A stretch of 64,000 nt of DNA from a bacterium (GCA_037127815.1 JBAXXP010000001.1:104174-168173); one strand, 5' to 3'. Positions 1 through 10,028 are shown, counted from the stretch's first letter. The notes: generated from the letters alone by a model not told the origin. Made by a program: numbers and translations.

Positions 1-5
1 TGGAT

Positions 6-191
6 CTACCATGATGATTTTTTAATTCCTGGGATTCTGCCTTCGTTAGCAGCCTCTCTAAAGCAGATACGGCACATACCGAAGTCTCGCATGTAACCGT
101 GAACGCGACCGCATCTGAAACAACGTCTCACAATACGACTTGAGAACTTTGGTTTTTTGAGTGATCTTACGAATGTTGATGTTTTTGCCAT
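6..191 (-). CDS. rpsN: 30S ribosomal protein S14 type Z (zinc-binding)
   Basis: 61 aa, CxxC...CxxC pattern, MAKTS..RSLKK start typical of S14Z; position after L5 in spc operon. Confidence 0.9.
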   Translation of the reverse strand: MAKTSTFVRSLKKPKFSSRIVRRCFRCGRVHGYMRDFGMCRICFREAANEGRIPGIKKSSW

Positions 192-240
192 ATCTTTTGT
201 GTTTTTGAATCCTAGCAGTTTAATGCCCTAAAGTCAACGT

Positions 241-792
241 TTATTTAACGTCTTCCTTTCGGAACAAGAAGCCAAAATAATCCATTAATGCTTTAACCTC
301 GGCCTTGGTCTTAGCTGTTGTAACTAAAGTTACAGCAAATCCGAAAACATCCTTTAATTCCTCATCAGATGTCTCAGCAAACACTGTATGCTCCTTAATT
401 CCAAGAGTATAATTACCCATAGAATCAATAGCAGTAACTTTAATTCCTCTAAAGTCTCTTGTTCGAGGAAGTGCAACGTTTACCAATTTCTCGATAAAAC
501 TCCACATTCTCTCACCTCTTAAAGTAACTTGCCATCCTACAATGTCCCCCTCTCTAACCTTAAATGATGCAATAGATTTCTTAGCTGCTGTTTGAGTAGC
601 TTTTTGTCCTGCAATCTTTGTTAGACGGTCTCCAATCAAAGCCTTCTTCTTTGGATCTTTAATTGAACCTTGTGTTGCAGAAAGAACAACCTTCAATACC
701 TTTGGAGCTTGAAGCTTGTTTGTATATCCAAACTCACCCTTTAGGGTTTCGTATGTTTTTGCTGCTTTTTCTTTTACTGTTTGATGTTTCAT
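241..792 (-). CDS. rplE: 50S ribosomal protein L5
   Basis: 183 aa, conserved L5 motifs and operon position (L24-L5-S14). Confidence 0.95.
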   Translation of the reverse strand: MKHQTVKEKAAKTYETLKGEFGYTNKLQAPKVLKVVLSATQGSIKDPKKKALIGDRLTKIAGQKATQTAAKKSIASFKVREGDIVGWQVTLRGERMWSFIEKLVNVALPRTRDFRGIKVTAIDSMGNYTLGIKEHTVFAETSDEELKDVFGFAVTLVTTAKTKAEVKALMDYFGFLFRKEDVK

Positions 793-815
793 AATATTTC
801 TTTAATAATCAATAA

Positions 816-1115
816 CTATATTGCCTTCCCTGTCTTTCTATCTATTCTAACCTTCTTGTCTCCAATAACCTTACTTCCAACACGAGTTGGCTTACCGCCG
901 ACAACGATTGCAACGTTAGAAACATGAATTGGCATAGCAACCTCTACAATTTGGCCCTTTTGAGTACTACTTTTAGCACGCATATGCTTCTTTAGAAGGT
1001 TAATACCCTCAACGACAACTTTTGAGTCATCAGGAATAGCTCTGGCAACTTTTCCAGTTTTACCCTTATCTCTACCAGCTATCACTATTATGTTGTCTCC
1101 TTTCTTGATTTTCAT
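816..1115 (-). CDS. rplX: 50S ribosomal protein L24
   Basis: KOW motif [23 protein letters not shown]; ORF extends to 1136 but typical start is MKIKKGD. Confidence 0.9.
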   Translation of the reverse strand: MKIKKGDNIIVIAGRDKGKTGKVARAIPDDSKVVVEGINLLKKHMRAKSSTQKGQIVEVAMPIHVSNVAIVVGGKPTRVGSKVIGDKKVRIDRKTGKAI

Positions 1116-1154
1116 GTTTTTAAATTTATGTTGCAATTATTAATATTTTACGAT

Positions 1155-1523
1155 TTATACAACCTCCGCTGCTAAAGAAACGATTTTTTGATATTTTTCT
1201 GACAACTCTCTTGGAATTGGTCCGAAAACACGTCCTCCAAGTGGCTCACCCTTTGTCTTATCAATTAGAACAACTGCGTTCTCATCAAATCTAACATAAG
1301 AACCATCCTTTCTTCTGAAGGCCTTCTTTTGACGAACAACCACAGCGCGGTGAATGTCTTTCTTCTTTACAGGCTTTCTTGGCTCTGCTTTTTGGATTGA
1401 GATAACTACTATCTCTCCGATTTCAGCATATCTCTTTTTTGAAGATCCAAGAACCTTAAACACACGGCCTATCTTTCCGCCGGAGTTGTCTGCTATTGAA
1501 ACTATTGATCGTGGTTGTAACAT
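1155..1523 (-). CDS. rplN: 50S ribosomal protein L14
   Basis: 122 aa, MLQPRSIVSIADNSGGK N-terminus typical of L14. Confidence 0.95.
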   Translation of the reverse strand: MLQPRSIVSIADNSGGKIGRVFKVLGSSKKRYAEIGEIVVISIQKAEPRKPVKKKDIHRAVVVRQKKAFRRKDGSYVRFDENAVVLIDKTKGEPLGGRVFGPIPRELSEKYQKIVSLAAEVV

Positions 1524-1532
1524 ATTGGTAGA

Positions 1533-1802
1533 TTAAATTAACTTAAAGTGTTTATCCTTTGAGATTGGGCGACACTCGACAATCTCTACTTTGTCTCCGA
1601 TGTTCTTTGTGTTTCCAGCATCGTGAGCCTTGTACTTTTTGTGTGACTTAACATACTTATTGTACTTAGGAACCTTTGCATATTGTTGTACAGATACCAC
1701 AATAGTGTCTGTCATCTTATTTGAAGTCACAACACCAGCAAGCACTTTTTTATTTGATGCTACTGATTGAACTTCTTCTGTTGTATTAATTGTCTTTTTC
1801 AT
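1533..1802 (-). CDS. rpsQ: 30S ribosomal protein S17
   Basis: 89 aa, S17 OB-fold signature, operon position. Confidence 0.9.
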   Translation of the reverse strand: MKKTINTTEEVQSVASNKKVLAGVVTSNKMTDTIVVSVQQYAKVPKYNKYVKSHKKYKAHDAGNTKNIGDKVEIVECRPISKDKHFKLI

Positions 1803-1820
1803 AATTTATTTATATTGCAA

Positions 1821-2036
1821 TTATTTAACTGCTTTTTTAGCTTCAAGGATTCCAGCTTTAGTTTGTGTAGTTAATTCTGTAAGGATACGAGCAATATCCT
1901 TTCTTGTGTTACGTCCCTCTTTAACATTTCTAGATTTTGAACCTGCTCCGCTGAAACGGAAGGTCTGCAAAGAATCCTTTTTTTCATATAAGGTCTTCAT
2001 CAAATCTTTTCTGTTTTTATTTTTAAAATCGTTCAT
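1821..2036 (-). CDS. rpmC: 50S ribosomal protein L29
   Basis: 71 aa helical protein between L16 and S17. Confidence 0.85.
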   Translation of the reverse strand: MNDFKNKNRKDLMKTLYEKKDSLQTFRFSGAGSKSRNVKEGRNTRKDIARILTELTTQTKAGILEAKKAVK

Positions 2037-2056
2037 TTCTTTATATTTAAATATTA

Positions 2057-2479
2057 TTATTGCTCTCTACTTACTACACGAATAGTAACTGGTAATTTTT
2101 TACCTGCCTTTATTAGGGCATCCTTTGCTATTGCCTCTGTTACACCATCAACCTCAAAAAGAATTCTTCCTGGTCTGATTTCCATGCAGAAACCTTTTGG
2201 ATCTCCCTTTCCTTTACCCATAGGTACCTCAGCAGCCTTTTGTGTAAAAGGTCTATCAGGAAATACTCTAGTCCACATACGTCCAGTTTTTCCAAGAGTT
2301 TTTGAAATAACCTTTCTAGCAGCTTCAATTTGGTTTGAAGTTATACGGTAAGGGCTAGTTGCCTTTAACCCATAAGAACCAAAACTAACATCAAGCCCAC
2401 GAGTTTCCACTCTAACCTTCTTTGGGTTTTGACGTTGTACTTGCCACTTTCTATGCTTTACTTTTTTTGGTGCTAACAT
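2057..2479 (-). CDS. rplP: 50S ribosomal protein L16
   Basis: 140 aa, MLAPKKVKHRK start, L16 motifs. Confidence 0.95.
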   Translation of the reverse strand: MLAPKKVKHRKWQVQRQNPKKVRVETRGLDVSFGSYGLKATSPYRITSNQIEAARKVISKTLGKTGRMWTRVFPDRPFTQKAAEVPMGKGKGDPKGFCMEIRPGRILFEVDGVTEAIAKDALIKAGKKLPVTIRVVSREQ

Positions 2480-2496
2480 GGTAATATTTTAATTAA

Positions 2497-3153
2497 TTAT
2501 TTCTTGAAAACTTCACCCTTATAAATCCAGACCTTTATACCGATCTTTCCATAAGGTAAGTTGGCCTCGTAGTTCTTATAGTCAATATCTGCTCTAAGAG
2601 TTTGCAATGGAATTTGTCCTTTCTTAAGACTTTCTGTTCTTGCCATTTCTGCACCCCCAAGACGACCTGTCATATAAACTCTTACTCCCTTAACCTCTCT
2701 ACACATCATAACCTTCTCAACCATTTGCTTCATAACACGTCTAAATGGCATACGCTTCTCAAGACCTTCAGCAAGCATTTGTGCAACGATAGGAGCACTT
2801 GATTCTGGTGATCTAACTTCTTCTATTTCTAGTTTAAGTAATGTTGTTACATCTTCACCATTCTTTCTCAAGAATTTCTCAACCTCTTTCTTAAGCTTTG
2901 TAGCTCCTTCACCATTTCTTCCGATTATGATTCCTGGGCGTGATGTTTTAATAATCAAACGAAATGTTTTGTCATTTCTTTCAATTTCAATATCTGAAAC
3001 ATATTGTCCACGCATCTTCTTTTGTAGCCATTCTCTTACAAGAATATCGCACTTAAGGTTACTACGGAATTTTGCATCAGTTGAAAACCATCGAGATTTC
3101 CAGTCTCTGATAATTCCTAGTCTATGTGCATATGGGTGAACTTTATGTGTCAT
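2497..3153 (-). CDS. rpsC: 30S ribosomal protein S3
   Basis: 218 aa, MTHKVHPYAHRLGIIRDWKSRWF N-terminus, KH domain. Confidence 0.95.
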   Translation of the reverse strand: MTHKVHPYAHRLGIIRDWKSRWFSTDAKFRSNLKCDILVREWLQKKMRGQYVSDIEIERNDKTFRLIIKTSRPGIIIGRNGEGATKLKKEVEKFLRKNGEDVTTLLKLEIEEVRSPESSAPIVAQMLAEGLEKRMPFRRVMKQMVEKVMMCREVKGVRVYMTGRLGGAEMARTESLKKGQIPLQTLRADIDYKNYEANLPYGKIGIKVWIYKGEVFKK

Positions 3154-3170
3154 ACTAATTTATTATATTA

Positions 3171-3629
3171 TTATTTGTTATCTTTTTTAGATTCCTTTAC
3201 GACTTCAACCTTTGGAGTTGTTTTTGAAACTGCTTTAACAGCTGTTTTTGTCTTTTCATCTTTAGATGCTTTTGCAACTGCCTTTGTAGCTACAGGAGCA
3301 ACGCCACCCTCAGAAAGGATTATTGATACATGACTTGAACGCTTGTTGATTCTTGAAGCTGACCCACGAGCGCGAGGCATACTTCTTTTTAGAACTCTAC
3401 CTTTGTTTACTTGTATTTCTTGGATCTTAAGAGACTCAAGATTTGTTACTCCAACATTTTTTGCATTAGCAACAGCACTCTCTAATAGTTTACCTATTGG
3501 AAGAGAAGCTCTTTTGTTTGCAAACTTTAAAGCAACACGGGCTTGTGCAACAGTTTTACCACGGATTAACCCAGCCACTAGGGCTACCTTTCTTGGTGAT
3601 TGTCTATAATTACTTAAAATTGCTTTCAT
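3171..3629 (-). CDS. rplV: 50S ribosomal protein L22 (C-terminal extension)
   Basis: 152 aa, L22 core plus K/A-rich tail. Confidence 0.9.
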   Translation of the reverse strand: MKAILSNYRQSPRKVALVAGLIRGKTVAQARVALKFANKRASLPIGKLLESAVANAKNVGVTNLESLKIQEIQVNKGRVLKRSMPRARGSASRINKRSSHVSIILSEGGVAPVATKAVAKASKDEKTKTAVKAVSKTTPKVEVVKESKKDNK

Positions 3630-3649
3630 GACTTTGACTTATTATTAAA

Positions 3650-4000
3650 TTATTTCTTTTTAGCTGGAGCTGCTGTTGTCGCCTTAGCTGACTTAGCTGC
3701 GGTTATTTCTGACTGCTTCTTTGCAGCATCAAGTTCCTTCTGCATCTTTCCTCCATGTCTAACGAACTTTCTTGTTGGTGAAAATTCTCCCAATCTGTGA
3801 CCTACCATTTCCTCTGTTACAAGAACTTCAACATGAGTCTTTCCATTGTGTACACCGAAGATAAACCCAACCATTTCTGGTGAGATTTGACTTCCTCTGT
3901 ACCAAGTCTTAATTACCCCAGTTGTCTGAGGGTTTTTGCCTTCTATCTTCTTTAGAAGTTTTGGGGCTATATATGGTCCTTTTTTTAGTGATCTTGTCAT
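3650..4000 (-). CDS. rpsS: 30S ribosomal protein S19 (K/A-rich C-terminal tail)
   Basis: [11 protein letters not shown]...[13 protein letters not shown]...HNGK motifs. Confidence 0.95.
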   Translation of the reverse strand: MTRSLKKGPYIAPKLLKKIEGKNPQTTGVIKTWYRGSQISPEMVGFIFGVHNGKTHVEVLVTEEMVGHRLGEFSPTRKFVRHGGKMQKELDAAKKQSEITAAKSAKATTAAPAKKK

Positions 4001-4042
4001 TGTTTGTGTGAAAATAATAGCCCGTGTTGAGCCAGTTAACGT

Positions 4043-4070
4043 ATACTAGCAAAAATAATGAAAGTGTCAA
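4043..4070 (-). promoter_or_regulatory. Putative sigma70-like promoter (TTGACA-16nt-TAGTAT on minus strand) restarting transcription at rpsS
   Basis: minus-strand TTGACA at complement 4065..4070 and TAGTAT at 4043..4048, about 40 nt upstream of rpsS start; needed because upstream genes carry their own terminators. Confidence 0.4.
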
Positions 4071-4256
4071 CCACTAAAAGGCTTATTTTAGGCATTTCGA
4101 TACTATTATTGTAAAGATTATGGTCTAATTTGGGTTTTTGACTAAAATGGCCAAATTTTGATGTTTTTTTTGCCGTTTTTTTTACTGTTTCTATTAACAA
4201 TAATTTATAGAAAATTAGTAATTATATATAAATTATTCATCATAAGGGGGAGTGAA

Positions 4257-4283
4257 GGCTCGGCGGGGTAACCCCGCCGAGCC
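4257..4283 (-). terminator. GC-rich hairpin GGCTCGGCGGGG-TAAC-CCCGCCGAGCC downstream of inserted gene A
   Basis: perfect 12-bp GC stem 9 nt after stop of 4299..4739; near-identical copy at 4871..4901. Confidence 0.5.
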
Positions 4284-4298
4284 TAAATAAATTGCCGA

Positions 4299-4739
4299 TC
4301 AAGATACGCTTTTAAACGCTTCGATTTCAGCTTCTGCAATAATGAACCGCTGCTCATAACAACGAAGTCTTTCCCACATTGGAAGTAATACAATTGAAGG
4401 ATGGTCCTCTCTAAATTGCTGCCAAAGTGGAGTAAATTCCCAAAAATGGAGCAGGTGCTGAATCTCCTTTAGAGTTACCCCATTTTCCTTATAAAACTTT
4501 TCTACAATCAGATTTTGCTTTACCTGATCTCTAGTCCCAGAGAGCTTTTGACTTGCAAAATAAAGGTTTTCTAACATCTCAACTTTTTTCCTAATTGGCA
4601 CTTCAAGATCAAGGATGCAGGAATCAGCTTCTTGAATATTAACCCAAAAAGCAAGTCTTTCCTCCGGAATACTGTTAACATCCCAAATCTGATACAAAAC
4701 ACGAAAAAATCGAGCTTTAGACATATCTAAAAATTTCAT
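4299..4739 (-). CDS. Hypothetical protein, paralog A of tandem pair inserted between rpsS and rplB
   Basis: 146 aa; shares YQIW(D/G)V..P(E/D)ER(L/M)AF, (E/D)KFY(K/W)E(N/H)GV and ERL(R/E)(C/R)(Y/F)EQR(F/Y)I motifs with 4931..5356. Confidence 0.6.
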   Translation of the reverse strand: MKFLDMSKARFFRVLYQIWDVNSIPEERLAFWVNIQEADSCILDLEVPIRKKVEMLENLYFASQKLSGTRDQVKQNLIVEKFYKENGVTLKEIQHLLHFWEFTPLWQQFREDHPSIVLLPMWERLRCYEQRFIIAEAEIEAFKSVS

Positions 4740-4870
4740 ATTTTTGAGGGTGAGAGGTTGATACTTTGGATTTGACCCGTTTGGTCGATAGAAGGAGCAG
4801 ATTTTGCACTCCGTACTTTATTTTATAACGCCATGCAGTTTTGTCAAAATTTAAAAGACTCATATATTAA

Positions 4871-4901
4871 AAGGCTCGGCGGGGTTCCCCCGCCGAGCCT
4901 T
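4871..4901 (-). terminator. Rho-independent terminator (GGCTCGGCGGGG-TTCC-CCCGCCGAGCC followed by T-run on minus strand)
   Basis: hairpin plus TTTTAATAT on minus strand directly after stop of 4931..5356. Confidence 0.65.
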
Positions 4902-4930
4902 TGCTAAAACTTCAAATCTTAGTATACAAA

Positions 4931-5356
4931 TCACGATAATCCGTCGGCAAACTCACTGTAGATATAACGCTGTTCAAACCTTTCCAGACGCTCCAAAGGA
5001 GGCAGATCTGCAACAGATACGTAATCCAAGAGGTAGTTCTTGAAAGGAAGGTTAGACTCCCAATAACGCAAGCGGAAAGCTGGATCTGGTCCAACACCAT
5101 GTTCCCAGTAGAACTTGTCGCTAAAGAGCCCCCTTTCACTGGTATAGCTACCCCAATCTTCTTCACCAATATGAAAAGCTTCCAATGATTGTAACTGAAT
5201 CTCCTTTGGCAAGCCTTCAATGTTTCCTCCTACAGGCCCAAAAAATTTATCGAGAAAAGCCATTCTTTCGTCTGGTGTTGGGCCGACTCCCCAAATTTGA
5301 TAAAGATTATTCAAGTACTCATTGCGCCCGGTCTTTACTGAACTTAACTCTTTCAT
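4931..5356 (-). CDS. Hypothetical protein, paralog B of tandem pair inserted between rpsS and rplB
   Basis: 141 aa; clear paralog of 4299..4739. Confidence 0.6.
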   Translation of the reverse strand: MKELSSVKTGRNEYLNNLYQIWGVGPTPDERMAFLDKFFGPVGGNIEGLPKEIQLQSLEAFHIGEEDWGSYTSERGLFSDKFYWEHGVGPDPAFRLRYWESNLPFKNYLLDYVSVADLPPLERLERFEQRYIYSEFADGLS

Positions 5357-5475
5357 AGTTTTGTGTTTTTGAGGTTTGTGTACTTATTCAGCGGTCAGAT
5401 GACCTATGTAAGGATGCTATTTGCACTCCTACTTTAGACTACACTCCTTAAAAATTTTGTCAAAAACAGACAAAC

Positions 5476-5504
5476 AAAAAACCCGCATTTCTGCGGGGTT
5501 TTTG
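5476..5504 (-). terminator. Rho-independent terminator after rplB (AAAACCCCGCAGAAATGCGGGTTTTTT on minus strand)
   Basis: GC stem plus T-run 40 nt downstream of rplB stop. Confidence 0.6.
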
Positions 5505-5540
5505 TTATTAAGACCAGCCTTCTGCTAATCAAACAAAATA

Positions 5541-6383
5541 TTATCTTCTCTTTCCTACCTTTCTTCTTGTAACAATATGTTTGTTTGAGTACTTCTTTGC
5601 GCGTCTTGATTTTTGTCCCTTTCCAGTTGGCTTTCCGTAGATAGAAATAGCACGTCTTCGTCCTCTTCCTTGTCTACCTTCTCCTCCTCCATGGGGGTGA
5701 TCAACTGGGTTCATGGCAGTACCTCTAACTGTAGGTCTGATACCACGGTGTCTACTAGCTCCAGCTTTTCCGATATTTTGCAAACGATTTTCATCATTTG
5801 AAACCTCTCCAATTGAAGCCCATGCAGTTTCTAGTATCTTTCTAACTTCAGTTGATGGCATCTTAACAAGGGCGTAACCCGCGTCATGAGCAATAACTTC
5901 AGCAAAAGAACCAGCTGAACGAACAAGCTTAGCACCTCCTTCAAATTTCAATTCTATGTTGTAAACAAATGTTCCAACAGGAATGTTCTTTAATGGAAGT
6001 CTGTTACCTGCTTTTACTTCAACCTTCTCGCCAACGATAAACTTATCTCCAACTTTTAGTGACTTTGGCAAAACGACGTATCGCTTTTCTCCATCAGTAT
6101 AAGTTACGAGAGAAATAAATGATGTACGGTTTGGATCGTATTCAATTGTTTCGATCTTTGCAGGAATATCTTTCTTGTCATACTTAAAGTCTATTTGACG
6201 ATAAAGTCTTTTGTGACCTCCACCTTTGTGTCTAGTTGTAATACGTCCAGTGTTGTTACGTCCTGATCCACGTCTAAACCCGTTTGTAAGGGGCTTGTAT
6301 GGCTCGTCAGTAGTAAGAATCTGAGCGTAATTAACGATAGCCATGTTTCGGCGTGAGGGGCTTGTTGGGTTAAATCTTTTCAT
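5541..6383 (-). CDS. rplB: 50S ribosomal protein L2
   Basis: 280 aa; MNPVDHPHGGGEG and GRNNTGRITTRHKGGGHKR motifs. Confidence 0.97.
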   Translation of the reverse strand: MKRFNPTSPSRRNMAIVNYAQILTTDEPYKPLTNGFRRGSGRNNTGRITTRHKGGGHKRLYRQIDFKYDKKDIPAKIETIEYDPNRTSFISLVTYTDGEKRYVVLPKSLKVGDKFIVGEKVEVKAGNRLPLKNIPVGTFVYNIELKFEGGAKLVRSAGSFAEVIAHDAGYALVKMPSTEVRKILETAWASIGEVSNDENRLQNIGKAGASRHRGIRPTVRGTAMNPVDHPHGGGEGRQGRGRRRAISIYGKPTGKGQKSRRAKKYSNKHIVTRRKVGKRR

Positions 6384-6414
6384 ATAATTTATTTTACTTT
6401 GCGTTTCACGCTGA

Positions 6415-6711
6415 TTATGCTAGGTCTATTTTATCGCCTTTCTTTAAGAAAACATAAGCTTTCTTAATAGCACTTTTCTTTCCGACCTTTCCGCGAACGA
6501 ATACTGCCTTTGCAGGAGTATTAACGATGTTAACTTTTACAGGTTTTACCTTGTATAGCGCTTCAATAGATTTAGCTATAGATGCTTTAGTAGACCTTGG
6601 AGTAACTTCAAAGACGTATTGGTTTTCACCAGCCTTTACAGTTGCCTTTTCAGTAATACGAGGGCACTTTATAACTTCCAATTGATGCTTCTTGATTGAT
6701 ATCTTTGTCAT
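6415..6711 (-). CDS. rplW: 50S ribosomal protein L23
   Basis: 98 aa; position between L4 and L2. Confidence 0.9.
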   Translation of the reverse strand: MTKISIKKHQLEVIKCPRITEKATVKAGENQYVFEVTPRSTKASIAKSIEALYKVKPVKVNIVNTPAKAVFVRGKVGKKSAIKKAYVFLKKGDKIDLA

Positions 6712-6734
6712 AGCTTTTTTATTTAGGGTGTTGG

Positions 6735-7487
6735 TTACTTTATTTTTGACATAAGAGTAACAAACGCGTCTTCAGGTGAAGCAATGACCAAGTACTTATG
6801 CTGAAGAAGCGATATTGGATTAATATTTCGGAGCTCTGAAATTTCGAAGCTTCCTAGATTAGAAAATCCTCGCTTTACATTTTCTTCAAGCGCTGGAACT
6901 GTAATAAGAGCAGCATTTTTCTTCTTTGTTGCTAACTTATCAAAGCCCTTAACGTTTGAGAGTCTATCTATCATAGCTAACGCAAGTTTTGTCTTAGGTT
7001 CAACTAATTCTAGATTTTTGACGAAGAGGATCTCACCATCTCTCCACTTTGCGGAAAGAATTGTAAATAGTGCCTTAGCCTTCATTTTCTTGTTCACTTT
7101 TCTGTCGTAATTTTTCTCTTTACGAGGTCCGTGAGCAACACCTCCACCTACCCAGATTGGAGAACGAGATGATCCGTGACGGGCTTGTCCGGTACCTTTT
7201 TGCTTCCAAGGTTTTTTACCACCTCCAGCAACCTCGCTTCTATCTTTTGTATGTGCAAGTGGTTGTCTCGCAGCTGAACGTATTGAGTTTACAACTTGAG
7301 CGACAAGATCTGCGTTCCAAGGAATTCCGAAGATTTCCTTTGGAAGAGCTACAGTGCCAGCACTATTACCTCCCACATCGTAAATAGTTCCTTCTAGAGG
7401 AGCTACTACTTTCTCTTTTTTAGCTTTTACTACTTTCTCTGTCTTTGCGACTTTGATTGCAGCTGCTTTTCTTGATGTTTGTGCCAT
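6735..7487 (-). CDS. rplD: 50S ribosomal protein L4 (N-terminal K/A-rich extension)
   Basis: 250 aa; GGGKKPWKQKGTGQARHGSSRSPIWVGGGVAHGP motif. Confidence 0.92.
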   Translation of the reverse strand: MAQTSRKAAAIKVAKTEKVVKAKKEKVVAPLEGTIYDVGGNSAGTVALPKEIFGIPWNADLVAQVVNSIRSAARQPLAHTKDRSEVAGGGKKPWKQKGTGQARHGSSRSPIWVGGGVAHGPRKEKNYDRKVNKKMKAKALFTILSAKWRDGEILFVKNLELVEPKTKLALAMIDRLSNVKGFDKLATKKKNAALITVPALEENVKRGFSNLGSFEISELRNINPISLLQHKYLVIASPEDAFVTLMSKIK

Positions 7488-7516
7488 AAATTTAATTTAA
7501 GGTTAAGATAATTGTG

Positions 7517-8116
7517 CTAGGCGCGCACTTCTACTAATGTGCCTCTTCGACCAGGAACTGCCCCGCGAATAAATAATTCGCCGGTTTCCTTATTGTATGA
7601 AATAACAGTTAGATTTTTAACGGTTATTCTATCACCACCCATACGGCCTGCCATACGTGTACCTTTAAATACACGTTGGTAACCTCCGGCACCGATAGAA
7701 CCTGGCTCGCGCTCACTGTGCTTTTGACCGTGAGAACGTGGGCCTCCGTGAAATCCATGGCGTTTTACAACACCCTGAAATCCCTTTGATTTTGAAATAG
7801 CTGACACCTCCACTTTTTCCCCAGGAGTAAGTTCTGGAGTAACGTCATCACCAATTGATGAATCCTTTAAACCAGAAATTTCTCTTAGGTATTGGAAATT
7901 ACCAAGATCTTTCATCTGTCCTTTTTGTGGCTTGTTAATACGACGTGGACTTTTTGAACCAAATCCAATCTGAACAGCCTCATAACCATCTTTATCTGTA
8001 GTTTTAACTTGCGTTACAACCATAGGAGAGGTTTTAAGAACTGTGACAGGGTGGACATTGCCTTTTTCATCAAAAAGCTGAGTCATATTCTGTTTTGTTC
8101 CGAGAATAAATTTCAT
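7517..8116 (-). CDS. rplC: 50S ribosomal protein L3
   Basis: 199 aa; L3 conserved core, operon position. Confidence 0.95.
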   Translation of the reverse strand: MKFILGTKQNMTQLFDEKGNVHPVTVLKTSPMVVTQVKTTDKDGYEAVQIGFGSKSPRRINKPQKGQMKDLGNFQYLREISGLKDSSIGDDVTPELTPGEKVEVSAISKSKGFQGVVKRHGFHGGPRSHGQKHSEREPGSIGAGGYQRVFKGTRMAGRMGGDRITVKNLTVISYNKETGELFIRGAVPGRRGTLVEVRA

Positions 8117-8149
8117 GATAGTTTGGGGGATTCACTGAAGAAAGTAAAA

Positions 8150-8503
8150 CTACATCATTTTTACGTCGATATTCACACCTGATGGCAGACTCAAGTTAGT
8201 TAGAGCTTCAATCACCTTTGCATTTGGATTGATGATATCAATCAGACGCTTGTGTGTTCTCATCTCAAATTGCTCACGTGAATTTTTGAAAATAAACGAT
8301 GAACGATTTACTGTATATTTCTTGATTTCTGTAGGAAGTGGAATAGGACCCACGATAGTAGCATCAAATCTTAGAGCTGTATCCATAATTTGTTTAATGG
8401 ATGCATCAATGATTTTTGACTCATACGCACGAACACGTATACGTAGTCTTGATACGCTATCTTCTTTTGCAGTTTTCTTTTTATGTGCTTCTTTTATTGC
8501 CAT
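8150..8503 (-). CDS. rpsJ: 30S ribosomal protein S10 (short N-terminal extension)
   Basis: RIRVRAYESKIIDASIKQI...GPIPLPT motif. Confidence 0.92.
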   Translation of the reverse strand: MAIKEAHKKKTAKEDSVSRLRIRVRAYESKIIDASIKQIMDTALRFDATIVGPIPLPTEIKKYTVNRSSFIFKNSREQFEMRTHKRLIDIINPNAKVIEALTNLSLPSGVNIDVKMM

Positions 8504-8547
8504 AATGGCGGTTTTTTTAATAGTTTCTGAGTAAAATTCAACTAGAG

Positions 8548-9741
8548 TTAGGCTACGATCTTAGTTACAACGCCGGCTCCTACAGTTCTACCTCCCTCGC
8601 GAATAGCGAATCTTGTATTGTCTTCAAGAGCAATTGGGGCTACCAATTTAACCTTGAAAGTAACTGTATCACCAGGCATAACCATGTCTACGCCCTCCTT
8701 TAGAGTAACCTCTCCTGTTACGTCAGTTGTACGTACGTAGAACTGAGGTTTGTAACCTGAGAAGAATGGAGTGTGTCGACCGCCTTCTTCCTTCTTAAGG
8801 ATATAGACTTCTGCTTCAAAATCTGTATGTGGCTTAACTGATCCTGGCTTTGCTAGAACTTGACCTCTTGCAAGATCATCCTTCTTAACACTTCTTAGTA
8901 GAATACCAGCGTTGTCTCCAGCTTGACCTTCTGACAATTGCTTGTTGAACATTTCAATACCTGTAACAACTGTTTTTTGAGTATCATGTAGTCCGATGAT
9001 TTCAATTTCTTCACCGATCTTGATTATACCTTTTTCAATTTTACCTGTAACAACTGTTCCTCTTCCTTCAATTGAGAAAATATCTTCAATAGGCATAAGG
9101 AAAGGCTTATCAGTCTCTCTAACTGGTTGTGGAATATAGTTATCTAGAGCGTCAACTAATTCAAGAACCTTCTTTGACCATTCATCATCAATACCTGGAG
9201 CTTCAAGTGCCTTAAGCGCTGAACCTCTGATAACTGGTGCATCTTCGTCAAATCCGTTCTTTGCTAGAAGCTCTCTGATTTCTGCCTCAACTAGGTCAAG
9301 CATGTCTGCATCATCAACCATGTCACACTTGTTCATGAATACAACAATCTTTGGAACACCAACTTGCTTTGCAAGTAGAACGTGCTCGCGAGTTTGTGGC
9401 ATAGGTCCGTCAGTAGCAGCAACAACCAAGATTGCGCCGTCCATTTGAGCAGCTCCTGTGATCATGTTCTTGATGTAGTCGGCGTGGCCTGGTGCATCAA
9501 TGTGAGCATAGTGTCTTGCGTTTGTAGTGTACTCACTGTGTGAAAGTGAAATTGTAATACCACGAGCCTTTTCCTCTGGGGCCTTGTCAATATCTCCGAT
9601 TGACTTAATTGTAGCCTTCATACCTGCTCTGTTAAGAACATTAAGAATAGCTGCAGTTAATGTAGTCTTTCCGTGATCAACGTGTCCAATTGTACCCACG
9701 TTAACGTGAGGCTTTGAACGATCAAAAATTTCTATTGCCAT
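8548..9741 (-). CDS. tuf: Elongation factor Tu
   Basis: 397 aa; [20 protein letters not shown]-motifs. Confidence 0.98.
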   Translation of the reverse strand: MAIEIFDRSKPHVNVGTIGHVDHGKTTLTAAILNVLNRAGMKATIKSIGDIDKAPEEKARGITISLSHSEYTTNARHYAHIDAPGHADYIKNMITGAAQMDGAILVVAATDGPMPQTREHVLLAKQVGVPKIVVFMNKCDMVDDADMLDLVEAEIRELLAKNGFDEDAPVIRGSALKALEAPGIDDEWSKKVLELVDALDNYIPQPVRETDKPFLMPIEDIFSIEGRGTVVTGKIEKGIIKIGEEIEIIGLHDTQKTVVTGIEMFNKQLSEGQAGDNAGILLRSVKKDDLARGQVLAKPGSVKPHTDFEAEVYILKKEEGGRHTPFFSGYKPQFYVRTTDVTGEVTLKEGVDMVMPGDTVTFKVKLVAPIALEDNTRFAIREGGRTVGAGVVTKIVA

Positions 9742-10028
9742 ATATTTGCTTGATAATTAAATGAATATATCGATATTTATATGGATATCTCCATAAATCT
9801 TTATACTCACCAATTAATAAAAATTAAATTAATAAGTTTCTAAATTTTATCCCCAGTGCTTCTCTCAGTAGTTTAGCTTAATTATGTTTGATTCTTAATA
9901 CTGCCTTAAATCAAAAAGAAGATTGGGATAAAAAACCGCCAAAAGGCGTCTAATGGATAATATCAGAAGGTGGGGGTTTGTCAATGTCAAAGCTATAACC
10001 TACCCCCCCCCACTTAAGGTTAATCAAC

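Noticed and set aside
1354-9000. Many 60 to 135-aa antisense or alternate-frame ORFs inside ribosomal protein, tuf, fusA, pgk, pilB and ABC genes
   Set aside because: Examples are 1354..1536, 2140..2328, 2602..2802, 7157..7387 and 8229..8534. They are nested in strongly supported conserved genes and have low-complexity composition. They are treated as non-coding.
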